From an uncultured Pseudomonadota bacterium (GTDB lineage Bacteria > UBA10199 > JADFYH01): a stretch of 64,000 nucleotides of DNA. Below are positions 1 to 9,001 of this stretch, piece after piece. Numbering within the stretch: position 1 is the stretch's first letter; each line of letters starts with the position of its first letter. The notes under the pieces were generated by a model. That model was not told the DNA's origin. It was given only the letters and a program-made list of their open reading frames with translations, and ran no database searches. Both the position numbers and the translations under genes were made by a program. Where the stretch lies: contig CAYLKF010000001.1 in the NCBI GenBank assembly GCA_964384365.1, positions 124,163-188,162 on the forward strand, given 5' to 3'.

Positions 1-8
1 TTGCTTTC

Positions 9-935
9 ATGAGCCTAAGCCCGTTGAATTACTTCTCAAAAGAATTTCAGTTTTTATTTATCTTTGTTTTGGCCGTGAATTTTTTGCATCGTCACCTTAC
101 ATTTCCGCTCGTCTACGGAGACCGAGAACAATTCGAAGAAAAACCTAAAGCGTACACCTTGCTCCCCTTATTTTTCTTGGTGCTTACGCTCATTGCCCTT
201 TATTTCGAAAAGGAGTTTCACCTCTTTACCCTGCTTCTTTTTTTAAGTGTGAGTTGGACTATCTATCACACGATCATGCAGAAAATGGGAATTTTGAGAA
301 TCTATTCGAAGAAAGATGATTGTGGAAGCCCCATGCTCGATCGCGCGGTTTTGCTTTCTTGGTTTGCTTATCTCTTCTTACAACTGGCAGCCCTACCAAC
401 TGTGCGAGAAAAAGTAATTGCTCTGAGCTCTGCTGGAAAAGTAGCCAATCATCTCTTGAGTCTTTTTTTTCCTTATCTGCAAACTGTGGCTTTTCTTGTG
501 TTGGGCTTAAGCCTTCTCTTTACGATTTTGTATCTTCGCCAAGAATTGAAGAGCCCCACTTTTCACTGGCCGAAAAATATCTTTCTCTTTTCAGTACTCT
601 TGCTTTACGCCACTTTCGCCTACGATTTTTTGGTGGGCTACCTGCTCTTTGCCTTTTCTCATGCCATCGAATATTTGGCCTTTGCGAATGTTTATACACG
701 CAAAAAATATCTCAATTCCCCTCGGCCGAGCTGGCTTGCAAAACGAGTAAAAACCCAATTATTTTCAATGGTTACATTTAGCACTTTTCTGCTCATTCTC
801 TTTTTCTTTTGGAAAAATAACTCAATAAAAACCTTGAATGCCTACATCGTTGGGAGTAGCTTCCTCCATTTCTTGTATGACGGTTGGATCTGGAAAATTC
901 GGAATCCAAAGATTTTAAAACCATTAATTTCGTAA
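9..935 (+). CDS. Polytopic membrane protein of unknown function (may extend upstream of the window)
   Basis: 308-aa ORF with multiple hydrophobic segments and no recognisable catalytic motif. The upstream frame is open to position 3. Confidence 0.4.
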   Translation: MSLSPLNYFSKEFQFLFIFVLAVNFLHRHLTFPLVYGDREQFEEKPKAYTLLPLFFLVLTLIALYFEKEFHLFTLLLFLSVSWTIYHTIMQKMGILRIYSKKDDCGSPMLDRAVLLSWFAYLFLQLAALPTVREKVIALSSAGKVANHLLSLFFPYLQTVAFLVLGLSLLFTILYLRQELKSPTFHWPKNIFLFSVLLLYATFAYDFLVGYLLFAFSHAIEYLAFANVYTRKKYLNSPRPSWLAKRVKTQLFSMVTFSTFLLILFFFWKNNSIKTLNAYIVGSSFLHFLYDGWIWKIRNPKILKPLIS

Positions 936-968
936 ACAATAAACTCGTCTGGGATTTATTAAATAGAG

Positions 969-1102
969 TAATGGGTCAGCCTTTTTGATTAAGCGGAAAA
1001 GCGACGAATCCATCGATTGTAAAAATAGCACCTTTTCGAAACTACTTTAAAACATTTCCTTGCGGCGCGTTTTTACGCAAAAGAAAAAATGCTGACCCAT
1101 TA
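969..1102 (+). repeat. 134-bp intergenic element with 12-bp terminal inverted repeats (copy A of a family of 3 or more)
   Basis: Starts TAATGGGTCAGC and ends GCTGACCCATTA, which are perfect reverse complements. The internal core ...CATTTCCTT(G/A)CGG(C/T)GCGTTTTT(A/T)CGC...AAAAAATGC is shared with the elements at 22041 and 31815. It lies 20 nt upstream of the AKR start. Confidence 0.6.
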
Positions 1103-1122
1103 CAAATACGATAGGTAAATTT

Positions 1123-2076
1123 ATGGACTTCACCATGCAATATCGCCCTTTAGGAAAATGCGGAACCAAAGTCAGCGCTCTCGGACTCGGCGCCTGGACC
1201 ACCTTTGGCGGCAGCGTTAAAGATGAAAAAACAATTCGAGAAATCGTGATTGCTGCTTTTGAAGCGGGCATTAATTTTTTTGATTTGGCCGATGTCTATG
1301 CAAACGGTGAAGCCGAACGGAGCATGGGGAAAATCCTTCAAGAATTTCCGCGCAACCGTTTAGTGATTTCGAGTAAAGTTTTCTTTCCGATGAGTAAAGA
1401 TATTAACGATAAAGGTCTTTCACGAAAACACATCTTTGAATCGATTGAAAAGAGTTTGAAACGTTTAAATACCGATTATCTCGATTTGTATTTTTGCCAT
1501 CGTTTTGATGAAGAAACCCCGCTCGAAGAAACGGTAAGGGCCTTCGATGATTTGGTGCATCAAGGTAAAATCTTATATTGGGGCAGCAGTGAATGGCGCG
1601 GTTCTCAACTCAAAATGGCTCACGAGCTCTGCGAACGGAAAAATTTCTACAAACCTCAAGTCGAACAACCACAATACAATCTTTTAGAACGCAAAAAATT
1701 CGAAAAAGAAGTTTCTCCTACCGCCCGCGAATTGGGTATGGGGCTCGTTTGTTGGAGCCCTTTGGCTTCGGGCTTACTTTCTGGAAAATACGATGAAGAA
1801 ATTCCTGCAGGAAGTCGATTGGCCAATATTCACTGGCTGAAAGACTATCTTTACAGCCCCGAAAATCTCGAGAAAGTGCGCCAACTCAAACCGTTGGCCA
1901 ATGAGCTCAATTGTAGTCGAGCCCAACTTGCTTTGGCCTGGATCTTGGCGCAACCCGGCGTTTCGAGTGTCATTACTGGAGCAACCAAGCTCTCTCAACT
2001 CGAAGAAAACCTGGGTGCCTTCAAAATTGAACTCACTGAAAAAATTTCTCAACAGTTAGGCGAGATCTTCAAATGA
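1123..2076 (+). CDS. Aldo/keto reductase (Kv-beta / Tas / YajO-like)
   Basis: MQYRPLGKCGTKVSALGLGAWTTFGG...INFFDLADVYANGEAE is the typical AKR N-terminus. The true start may be the second ATG at 1135. Confidence 0.85.
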   Translation: MDFTMQYRPLGKCGTKVSALGLGAWTTFGGSVKDEKTIREIVIAAFEAGINFFDLADVYANGEAERSMGKILQEFPRNRLVISSKVFFPMSKDINDKGLSRKHIFESIEKSLKRLNTDYLDLYFCHRFDEETPLEETVRAFDDLVHQGKILYWGSSEWRGSQLKMAHELCERKNFYKPQVEQPQYNLLERKKFEKEVSPTARELGMGLVCWSPLASGLLSGKYDEEIPAGSRLANIHWLKDYLYSPENLEKVRQLKPLANELNCSRAQLALAWILAQPGVSSVITGATKLSQLEENLGAFKIELTEKISQQLGEIFK

Positions 2077-3122
2077 GCTTCTCCTGGAACCAGCTTCCTA
2101 AACCAATTTTCGGCTTGGCCCCCATGGATGGGGTAACCGATGCCGTGTTTCGAAGCATTGTCTACCGTTCGGGAGCACCCGATGTTCTTTTCACCGAATT
2201 TGTAAGTGTTGAAGGCTTATCACGCAAAATCCCTGCGCTACTTCGCGATCTTCAATATCAACCCGAAGAACGACCCATGATTGCGCAAATCTATGGGTAT
2301 GAACCCGAAGCTTTTAAACAATCGATAAAAATCGTTGCCGATCTCGGCTTTGATGGGGTCGATATCAACATGGGCTGCCCGGCTAAAAGTGTGGTTCATA
2401 GCGGAGGGGGGGCCGCCTTAATTCGTACTTGTCCTCATGCGAAAACGATTATTTACACCTGCGCTTCTGCACTCGACGAGTATTATGAACAAACCGGTAA
2501 ACGCCTTCCGCTTTCTGTTAAAACCCGACTCGGTTACGACAAAATCGTGGTGAAAGACTGGATCCGCGAGCTTTTAGATACCGAAAAACTTTCCAATATC
2601 TCTCTTCACGGCCGAACTTTAAAACAAGCTTACACCGGAAATGCCGATTGGGATGCCATTGCCCAGGCAGCTGAGCTCACTCGCGGCACAAATGTGACGC
2701 TACTGGGAAATGGCGATTTAAATTCGTTAGAAGACGCCGCGCACAAAATTCGCATTTCAGGGGTTGATGGCGCCCTGCTCGGACGTGCGAGTTTCGGCAA
2801 CCCTTGGCTCTTTCGCGAAAAAGAAAACTATCGAATTCAAACTTCCCCCTCACTCCCCCCCTCTTCCCTCGAGGGAGAAAGTGGCCGAAGGACGGATGAG
2901 GGGGTAATTTCCATTCAAGATCGAATTTCTACCCTCATCGAACACGCTCGACTGCTCTGGAAAAGCAAAGAACCCAGGCATTTTATTCAAATTCGCAAAC
3001 ATGCAGGTTGGTATCTCAAAGGATTTCCCGGAGCTGCCGAACTTCGTAATTCATTGGTGCGCGTTTCGTCGTTGGATGAACTGGAAGCAATCTTAATAAA
3101 CCATCTTCAAAAAGCCGCCTAA
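2073..3122 (+). CDS. dus: tRNA-dihydrouridine synthase (Dus family)
   Basis: GLAPMDGVTDAVFR and DINMGCP motifs of the FMN-dependent Dus family. Its ATGA overlap with the upstream AKR stop suggests coupling. It contains a low-complexity insert (PSLPPSSLEGESGRRTDEG). Confidence 0.85.
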   Translation: MSFSWNQLPKPIFGLAPMDGVTDAVFRSIVYRSGAPDVLFTEFVSVEGLSRKIPALLRDLQYQPEERPMIAQIYGYEPEAFKQSIKIVADLGFDGVDINMGCPAKSVVHSGGGAALIRTCPHAKTIIYTCASALDEYYEQTGKRLPLSVKTRLGYDKIVVKDWIRELLDTEKLSNISLHGRTLKQAYTGNADWDAIAQAAELTRGTNVTLLGNGDLNSLEDAAHKIRISGVDGALLGRASFGNPWLFREKENYRIQTSPSLPPSSLEGESGRRTDEGVISIQDRISTLIEHARLLWKSKEPRHFIQIRKHAGWYLKGFPGAAELRNSLVRVSSLDELEAILINHLQKAA

Positions 3123-3141
3123 AACCTCTCAATAAAAAAAG

Positions 3142-4173
3142 TTGTCGCCACACAAAAACTCAGGCACTCTTTCTCGTATGCTTCGGCCCGAAGAAATTAA
3201 TTTCTCACGTTATCAAAAACAAGTTGGGGGATTTTACGAAAGTTTTTTTCAGCGTGCCAACCACCCCACTCGCCCACTTGCCTTCTGGATTCGCTACACG
3301 ATTTTCAGCCCCAAGAATCATCCCGAACAAGCCATTGGTGAATCTTGGGCCGTGTTCTTCAATGGAGAAACCAAACATCACACAGCTTTAAAAAAAGAAT
3401 TACCTTTCTCAAACTGCACCTTCAGCACCTCACATTTTTTTGTAAAAATTGGTGAGGCCGAGTTAAGCCCCTCTAAACTTCATGGGAGTTTAGAGAATGA
3501 TTTAGAAAGTTTATCTTGGGATTTATCTTTCGAAGGAAAAGGCCCCCCTCTATTTTTATTTCAAGACCGTTATTACGAGGGAAACTTTCCTGCAGGCAAA
3601 GTACTAACAGGTTTACCCTTGGCAAAATATAATGGAGCCCTCCGAGTCAATGGAGAAAAAATTGAAATTCAAAACTGGGTGGGGAGCCAAAATCATAATT
3701 GGGGTTCTAAGCATAACGACTTTTACGTCTGGGCTCAAACCTCGGGTTTCGAACAAGCACCCGATACTTTTTTAGAGGCATCAAGCGCCCGGTTTCAGTA
3801 TGGCCCTTTTTGGACTCCTCCTTTTACCCTGGCAGTTTTGCGACATCGAGGAAAAGAGTTTCGCCTAAATTCCCTTCGAAATGCTTTATTCTCGAAAACT
3901 TCTTTCCATAATTTCACCTGGGACTTTCACACCCAAAACGCTGAAGTGGACATCCAGGGAAAAGTCTGGGCACCTCGCGAATCTTTTGTAGGGCTGAACT
4001 ATTATAATCCACCGGGTGGAAGTAAATACTGTTTAAATTCGAAACTTGCGGGTTGTGAACTGATTCTCAAACATAAAAAACAAAACAAAACCGAACGGCT
4101 CCTCAATACCCAGAGTACTGCTTTTGAAATTTTAACTCAGGCGCAAGATCACGGAATCAAGATTTCAGCTTAA
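3142..4173 (+). CDS. Hypothetical protein (start uncertain; an alternative ATG lies near 3178)
   Basis: 343-aa ORF between dus and a membrane-protein gene. No recognised motif. Confidence 0.4.
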   Translation: MSPHKNSGTLSRMLRPEEINFSRYQKQVGGFYESFFQRANHPTRPLAFWIRYTIFSPKNHPEQAIGESWAVFFNGETKHHTALKKELPFSNCTFSTSHFFVKIGEAELSPSKLHGSLENDLESLSWDLSFEGKGPPLFLFQDRYYEGNFPAGKVLTGLPLAKYNGALRVNGEKIEIQNWVGSQNHNWGSKHNDFYVWAQTSGFEQAPDTFLEASSARFQYGPFWTPPFTLAVLRHRGKEFRLNSLRNALFSKTSFHNFTWDFHTQNAEVDIQGKVWAPRESFVGLNYYNPPGGSKYCLNSKLAGCELILKHKKQNKTERLLNTQSTAFEILTQAQDHGIKISA

Positions 4174-4182
4174 AGGAGCATT

Positions 4183-4269
4183 ATGCCTTCTCTTCTTTTA
4201 TTTCTACTTGCCAGCTATGTTGTTTTTTTCTTTCTCATCTTGAAAATTATTCCGGAGGATCGCTCATGA
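4183..4269 (+). CDS. Candidate 28-aa hydrophobic micro-protein (MPSLLLFLLASYVVFFFLILKIIPEDRS)
   Basis: A strong SD (AAGGAG) sits 4 nt upstream of its ATG. Its TGA overlaps the ATG of the next gene (ATGA), suggesting translational coupling. It contains one predicted TM helix. Confidence 0.35.
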   Translation: MPSLLLFLLASYVVFFFLILKIIPEDRS

Positions 4270-4859
4270 TCGTCGGACATTACGCAACGGCGCTGATTCC
4301 GCGTCGCCTTCAACCCGAAGCACCTTTTTGGCTTCTACTCTTGGCTTCAAACTTAAGCGATTTTCTTTGGATCTTGCTTGGACTCCTCGGATTAGAAGCA
4401 CCTCGACCCTCTTCTCTTTGGCTGGCCACTTTCCAAAATATTGCAGTGGAGATGCCTTATAGCCACGATGGGCTCCCCACGCTCTTGCTTGCCATTGCAT
4501 TCACCGTGCTCGTTTTGATTCTTTTTCGAAATTTAAAAACGGCCTTATGGTGCGGCGTTTTGGTCATCGTTCATCTACTTTGCGATTTACTCTCAGGGTA
4601 TCCGCATCATCTTGCAGGAAACGAAACCGCAAAGATTGGACTCGGCCTATACAATACCGCACCTCATCTTGCACTTTTTCTCGAGGCTTTAGTGGGTGGG
4701 CTCTGTGTGGCCTGGTATCTTTACGATCGCAAAAAAGCAGGGTTAAACACTTCTCGAAAAACACAAACCCTACTCTATTTGGTTTTTGTAGGAGGAGCTT
4801 TAATCTGGCTTCCAACAGCCACCCTTCCCCTTGGAAAAGTGCTAGGGGTTTCACCATGA
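4266..4859 (+). CDS. Integral membrane protein, possibly a membrane-bound metal-dependent hydrolase (YdjM/DUF457-like)
   Basis: 197 aa with 5–6 hydrophobic helices and conserved His/Asp residues (SHDGLP, GYPHH). The family assignment is tentative. Confidence 0.4.
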   Translation: MIVGHYATALIPRRLQPEAPFWLLLLASNLSDFLWILLGLLGLEAPRPSSLWLATFQNIAVEMPYSHDGLPTLLLAIAFTVLVLILFRNLKTALWCGVLVIVHLLCDLLSGYPHHLAGNETAKIGLGLYNTAPHLALFLEALVGGLCVAWYLYDRKKAGLNTSRKTQTLLYLVFVGGALIWLPTATLPLGKVLGVSP

Positions 4860-5488
4860 CTCTTCCGCTCATTCTTGCTTCGACTTCACCTCGGCGATTT
4901 GAAATTCTAAAATTATTAAAAATCCCGTTTGAAGTTGCATCTCCCCTCTATGAAGAAGAAAACTTAGAAGAGTTGAGCCCCTATGAAGAAGCACGACGCT
5001 TTGCCCTCGAAAAAGCAAAATCGATCGCCGCGCAATACCCGAAACATCTTATTTTAGGGAGCGATACCTTGATTGAATTTCGAGGTCAGAAAATTGGCAA
5101 ACCCAAAGATGCAAACGACGCCGAAAAAATCTTAGAAACACTTCAAGGGCAAAGCCACGATATCTTAACCAGCACAGTAATCTGGAATTCAAACGAGGCT
5201 TCTTTTAAAACCCAGGTCGATATTGTGAATGTGAAAATGAAGAAGGCCTCTCTTCAAGAAATCAAAGCGTATGTAAAAACAGGGGAGCCTCTCGACAAAG
5301 CGGGCGCTTACGGGCTTCAAGGGAGTGGACGAGCATTCATCGAAAGCCTGAATGGCGATTATTTAGCAGCGGTGGGGCTTTCTCTTCGAAGCACCGCAAA
5401 ACTTTTGCAAGATTACAACGTGCCGATTTCGGTAGATGTAGAAAAAATTTACCGAGAAAAAGATTTTATGAATTGGAAGAGTTATTAG
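4856..5488 (+). CDS. maf: Maf-like nucleoside-triphosphate pyrophosphatase
   Basis: MTLPLILASTSPRRFEILKLLKIPFEV...LILGSDTL has the Maf signature (ASxSPRR, GSDT). The ATG at 4856 overlaps the upstream stop. Confidence 0.85.
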   Translation: MTLPLILASTSPRRFEILKLLKIPFEVASPLYEEENLEELSPYEEARRFALEKAKSIAAQYPKHLILGSDTLIEFRGQKIGKPKDANDAEKILETLQGQSHDILTSTVIWNSNEASFKTQVDIVNVKMKKASLQEIKAYVKTGEPLDKAGAYGLQGSGRAFIESLNGDYLAAVGLSLRSTAKLLQDYNVPISVDVEKIYREKDFMNWKSY

Positions 5489-5518
5489 GACTGCTCTTGT
5501 TAGTAAATTATACAGCCT

Positions 5519-5592
5519 ATGTCATTCCCCGGTTTAACCGGGGAATCTAAATATGCCCAATAAGATCCTCCGATCAAGCCGGAGGATGACAG
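5519..5592. repeat. Double-hairpin REP-like element (copy 1), likely a bidirectional terminator between maf and the SDR gene
   Basis: ATTCCCCGG-tttaa-CCGGGGAAT and ATCCTCCG-atcaagc-CGGAGGAT are two perfect inverted repeats. A near-identical element lies in inverted orientation at 59607–59682. Confidence 0.55.
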
Positions 5593-5604
5593 AGAAAATA
5601 AACT

Positions 5605-6360
5605 CTAAAATGTGAACAGTCCCATTCCGCCATCAACCTCAATCACCTGTCCCGTAATATAGGCTGCCTGCTCCGAACACAGAAAAGTCACCACACTCGC
5701 AAGCTCGCTGGTTTCTCCTAAACGACGCACTGCGGTTTTCTTTTCCATGCGATCGAGCATATCTTGGCGAATGAAACCCGCTGTTTCCGATTTAATCACA
5801 CCCGGTGCGATAATATTGGAGGTAATGCCAAAGCGTCCGCCTTCTAAAGCCAAGGTTTTTCCAAAACCAATCATCGAGGCTTTGGTGGCGGCGTAGCTCG
5901 CCTGCCCTGCTCCGCCCCGAGTTCCCGCAATCGAGGCCATTGAAATCACGCGCCCCCATTTCTTTTCGAGCATTCCTGTCCAGACGGCCCGAGTCACATT
6001 GGCTGTTCCGATTAAGTTTACTTCAACATCGCGGTTAAAACGCTCCGCTTCAAGCTGCGCAAACATCCCCACCGTGGTGAGAATGGAGGCATTATTAATC
6101 AAAATTTGAACAGTTCCCAATTCTTGGGTGATTTTCTCAACTACTTCTCTGACTTGAGCCTCTTTACTAATATCGCATTCAAGCCCAAGAGCCTTCACCC
6201 CTTCTTTTTGGATGAGTGCAACCGTTTCTTCGCAGCTCTGAATATCAATCACCGCAATATTCACGCCTTCTTTTGCAAGAGCCAAAGCATCGGCCCGGCC
6301 CAAACCTTTTCCGGCAGCACCGGTCACTAAAGCAACTTTTCCTTTGAGTCCAAAATCCAT
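5605..6360 (-). CDS. SDR-family oxidoreductase (FabG-like 3-oxoacyl reductase)
   Basis: N-terminal TGAAGKGLG Rossmann motif and a YxxxK region (SYAATK). 251 aa. Confidence 0.85.
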   Translation of the reverse strand: MDFGLKGKVALVTGAAGKGLGRADALALAKEGVNIAVIDIQSCEETVALIQKEGVKALGLECDISKEAQVREVVEKITQELGTVQILINNASILTTVGMFAQLEAERFNRDVEVNLIGTANVTRAVWTGMLEKKWGRVISMASIAGTRGGAGQASYAATKASMIGFGKTLALEGGRFGITSNIIAPGVIKSETAGFIRQDMLDRMEKKTAVRRLGETSELASVVTFLCSEQAAYITGQVIEVDGGMGLFTF

Positions 6361-6369
6361 AAACTCTCC

Positions 6370-6900
6370 TTAAAAAATAGCCCTCAGATGAGGAGTTAAC
6401 GCAAGCAAACGGGGGTGAAGATATTCAAACACAAAACCAAACGCAAACCAAAGCGGCGCAAAATCCCAACGAATATAGCCACAAAATGAATAACGCGAAT
6501 AAGCGTAATTCCAGGGGCAACGTCCGATGATTTTTTCAAGAATCCATCCGCCTACGAATTCTGCAAACCAAATCAAAAGCACATAAACAATACCCCGAAC
6601 AAACCAAGGCAACGAAACCATTGCCAGATGAATAGGCTCTAGAAAAACCATTCCTCCATAAATCGGAAACATCCACAAAAAAGTATAACCTACCGCACGG
6701 GAATCACGGCCAGCCACAGCCCAAACTGGTTTTTCAGAAGTAGGAAGAGAAGCAAGACGAGTGTTCCAAGAACAAAGAAATTGAGGATTAATCAAATCGG
6801 CAATGGCGGTGAAAAGAATTTCGGTTAACCAACCGATGCAGGCATAGAGTGGAAAACGAATCCAGGGATCGGAGTTTAAAAAATCGTCGAGCATGGCCAA
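6370..6900 (-). CDS. Small polytopic membrane protein (possibly the DUF1113 / putative ABC-transporter type IV family)
   Basis: 176 aa and hydrophobic. The RCPWNYAYS motif is reminiscent of the CPWxY motif of that family. Tentative. Confidence 0.4.
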   Translation of the reverse strand: MAMLDDFLNSDPWIRFPLYACIGWLTEILFTAIADLINPQFLCSWNTRLASLPTSEKPVWAVAGRDSRAVGYTFLWMFPIYGGMVFLEPIHLAMVSLPWFVRGIVYVLLIWFAEFVGGWILEKIIGRCPWNYAYSRYSFCGYIRWDFAPLWFAFGFVFEYLHPRLLALTPHLRAIF

Positions 6901-6922
6901 AAGAGTTATATAAAAAATTCTT

Positions 6923-8236
6923 TTAATGCCACATAAAACTTAAAGCTTCGGAATTATCTTCTTCGTCAAACCAAGCTTCGAACAAATCAACCGCGTCGTC
7001 TTCTTCGGGGTAATTATCGGTGCTCAAGGCTTGCTCTTTGCCGGCTACCCGGTCAGCGCGTTTGAGTTTTGGAGCTTTGCGCTCTTTTGTTTTTTCACGA
7101 CGACGCGCCATCAAGGCACTGAGTTCTGCCAGTAAGGCAGCATTCAAAGCATTTTGAGGTAAGAGATTGGTTTGAATTAAAAGCAAACCGAGCATGGGCC
7201 AAAACTGTGGAAAGGTTTGAACGAAACGGGTTCCAAACAAACTATCTAAAAGATGCCCCACGCCTTGCAAAAGCCCCTGCACCCCTGAAGAATTGACATT
7301 CTGAACAAAACCCAAAAGAGACAAATTCCCATTTTGAAAATAATTCTTAAACCCTGCAAATAAGTTTTCTTGTTCTGCAGGAGGAAGAGCAAAAAATCGG
7401 CTTAAGCTTTCTGTAATTCCCGCAAAAAATTGAGGCTGAGAACTTGCGCCTGCCAAGCCAGAAGCTTTCGAAGCGATCGCTTCTTGAGAAAAGGGCAAGG
7501 TGCGGATCGTTTGAAAAAAAGCTCGAAAAAGATTTTCGGGATTATCAGAGATTCCATTGAGCCGAGCCGCTTCCGAACGATTCACTAAGACGAGAGGACG
7601 AGAATCGTTGAGCGATAAGCCCAATAACTTTGCATTTCCAAGCAGCGAAGCATCAGCCGCTGAAGAACTCAATCCAGCATTCGTATTGGAATGCGAGCTA
7701 TACACAATGCCCGCTGATTTTGCCTGCGCATAAGGTGCCGGATTCGACTTGGCTAACAAATAAGCCACCGAAGGATTCACACTACTTCGAATAAATTGGC
7801 CCTCGGTATGTTGAACACCATTGGAAAACTCCGCCAAGTGACTTTCGCCTGCTCGCCATAACCGTGTAAAATTCGAGTTTGAAAAAGAAGAAGAATGTAG
7901 GTTCTCACGCGCTGAAGAGGCACTCGCTTCATGAGACGGCAGCGATGAAAGGTTTCTTACAACGGGAAGATTAGCCAATTCGGGGTTTTCAGAACCTTGA
8001 ACAACAGCCGGAGTCCGAGCTTGATCAGAACGGGGATTGGAAGTGACATAACCATCCGCGCCTATGCGAACTTCGCTCACCCCATCAGCCGCTCTTCCGG
8101 CAACGCCCTCACCTGGCACTGCACTCATCTCTTCGTTAGCAACACCTCGAACAGACTCACCACGCATACCGGCGACTGTTTGGTAACAACGAGTAAATGC
8201 CAAGAAATCATTTTTTTTCCTTGGAAAATTTTTCAT
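6923..8236 (-). CDS. Hypothetical low-complexity (S/A/N/G-rich) protein
   Basis: 437-aa ORF with no signal peptide. It has a long compositionally biased region and an acidic C-terminus (EEDDAVDLFEAWFDEEDNSE). Confidence 0.4.
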   Translation of the reverse strand: MKNFPRKKNDFLAFTRCYQTVAGMRGESVRGVANEEMSAVPGEGVAGRAADGVSEVRIGADGYVTSNPRSDQARTPAVVQGSENPELANLPVVRNLSSLPSHEASASSARENLHSSSFSNSNFTRLWRAGESHLAEFSNGVQHTEGQFIRSSVNPSVAYLLAKSNPAPYAQAKSAGIVYSSHSNTNAGLSSSAADASLLGNAKLLGLSLNDSRPLVLVNRSEAARLNGISDNPENLFRAFFQTIRTLPFSQEAIASKASGLAGASSQPQFFAGITESLSRFFALPPAEQENLFAGFKNYFQNGNLSLLGFVQNVNSSGVQGLLQGVGHLLDSLFGTRFVQTFPQFWPMLGLLLIQTNLLPQNALNAALLAELSALMARRREKTKERKAPKLKRADRVAGKEQALSTDNYPEEDDAVDLFEAWFDEEDNSEALSFMWH

Positions 8237-8254
8237 CGAACACTCGATTTTTCG

Positions 8255-8857
8255 TTAATTACGAGCAGTAATCTCGCTTCGAAGATACGTCGTAATAGGA
8301 AAGCGACATTCACTCAATACAGTGTCGAGCCCCTTCAAATCTTGGCTACTAAAAGCTAAATGAACCGAATTAGAACTACGAGGGGCATTAAACATCCGAA
8401 GCCCCCACACTGTTGGAACTGCCCTTGCACTTGCGGGTGGAGGAGTAATCCCGCTGAGGTATTCTAAAAAACCGTAGACCACAAAGAAATTATCTACATC
8501 TAGTGAAGTATCAATGGCAAAGGGTGTCCCATCATTAAAAAGAACACTTGCGTGCGGTAAAGCAGCAACGAGACTTTGAAAAGCTGCGTCCCTCGTCAAC
8601 TCATTTGGACGACTTCTATTTGCAGTCACTTTTCCGACAACCGCCCTATACTGCGCAAGATCCGCTGTTAGACTCGGAAATCCCATGGGGCGGAGTCTGC
8701 CTGTAAAGTCTTCACAAGACTCACCAGAATGCCTCAAAAAATTATCTCTCGGAAGAGGTGGCGGTGGCCGATCTACCGGACGAGGCATGGGAGGAGGAGA
8801 ACGAAAAAAATCGCATCCGATTGCACCCGCTGCGATTAACAAAAGAAGAGGCCACAT
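8255..8857 (-). CDS. Putative lipoprotein with a proline-rich N-terminal linker
   Basis: Signal peptide plus lipobox (LLLIAAGAIGC) followed by PPPMPRPVDRPPPPLP. It lies immediately upstream of the 437-aa ORF in the same orientation. Confidence 0.4.
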   Translation of the reverse strand: MWPLLLLIAAGAIGCDFFRSPPPMPRPVDRPPPPLPRDNFLRHSGESCEDFTGRLRPMGFPSLTADLAQYRAVVGKVTANRSRPNELTRDAAFQSLVAALPHASVLFNDGTPFAIDTSLDVDNFFVVYGFLEYLSGITPPPASARAVPTVWGLRMFNAPRSSNSVHLAFSSQDLKGLDTVLSECRFPITTYLRSEITARN

Positions 8858-9001
8858 ATGGACTTTACCCTTTTAAAATACAGATACAGATTAAATTGAT
8901 TCTGTCCAGAATTATCGTTTTTTACCCGAATAAGTTGCTAAAAAAACACACAGCTCAACAAATCAATTTAAAAACAAAAAATAACAAATAAATTCAAGTA
9001 G

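Noticed and set aside
320-781. Numerous short ORFs in the six-frame track that lie inside or antisense to long well-supported genes. Examples: 320–781, 1047–1271, 1593–1796, 13351–13704, 26744–27154, 40152–40364, 47521–47919, 59844–60365.
   Set aside because: They are fully embedded in confidently identified genes (AKR, serA, leuS, coxA, actB, batB and others). They have no motifs and show the amino-acid bias expected of antisense frames. I treat them as spurious.
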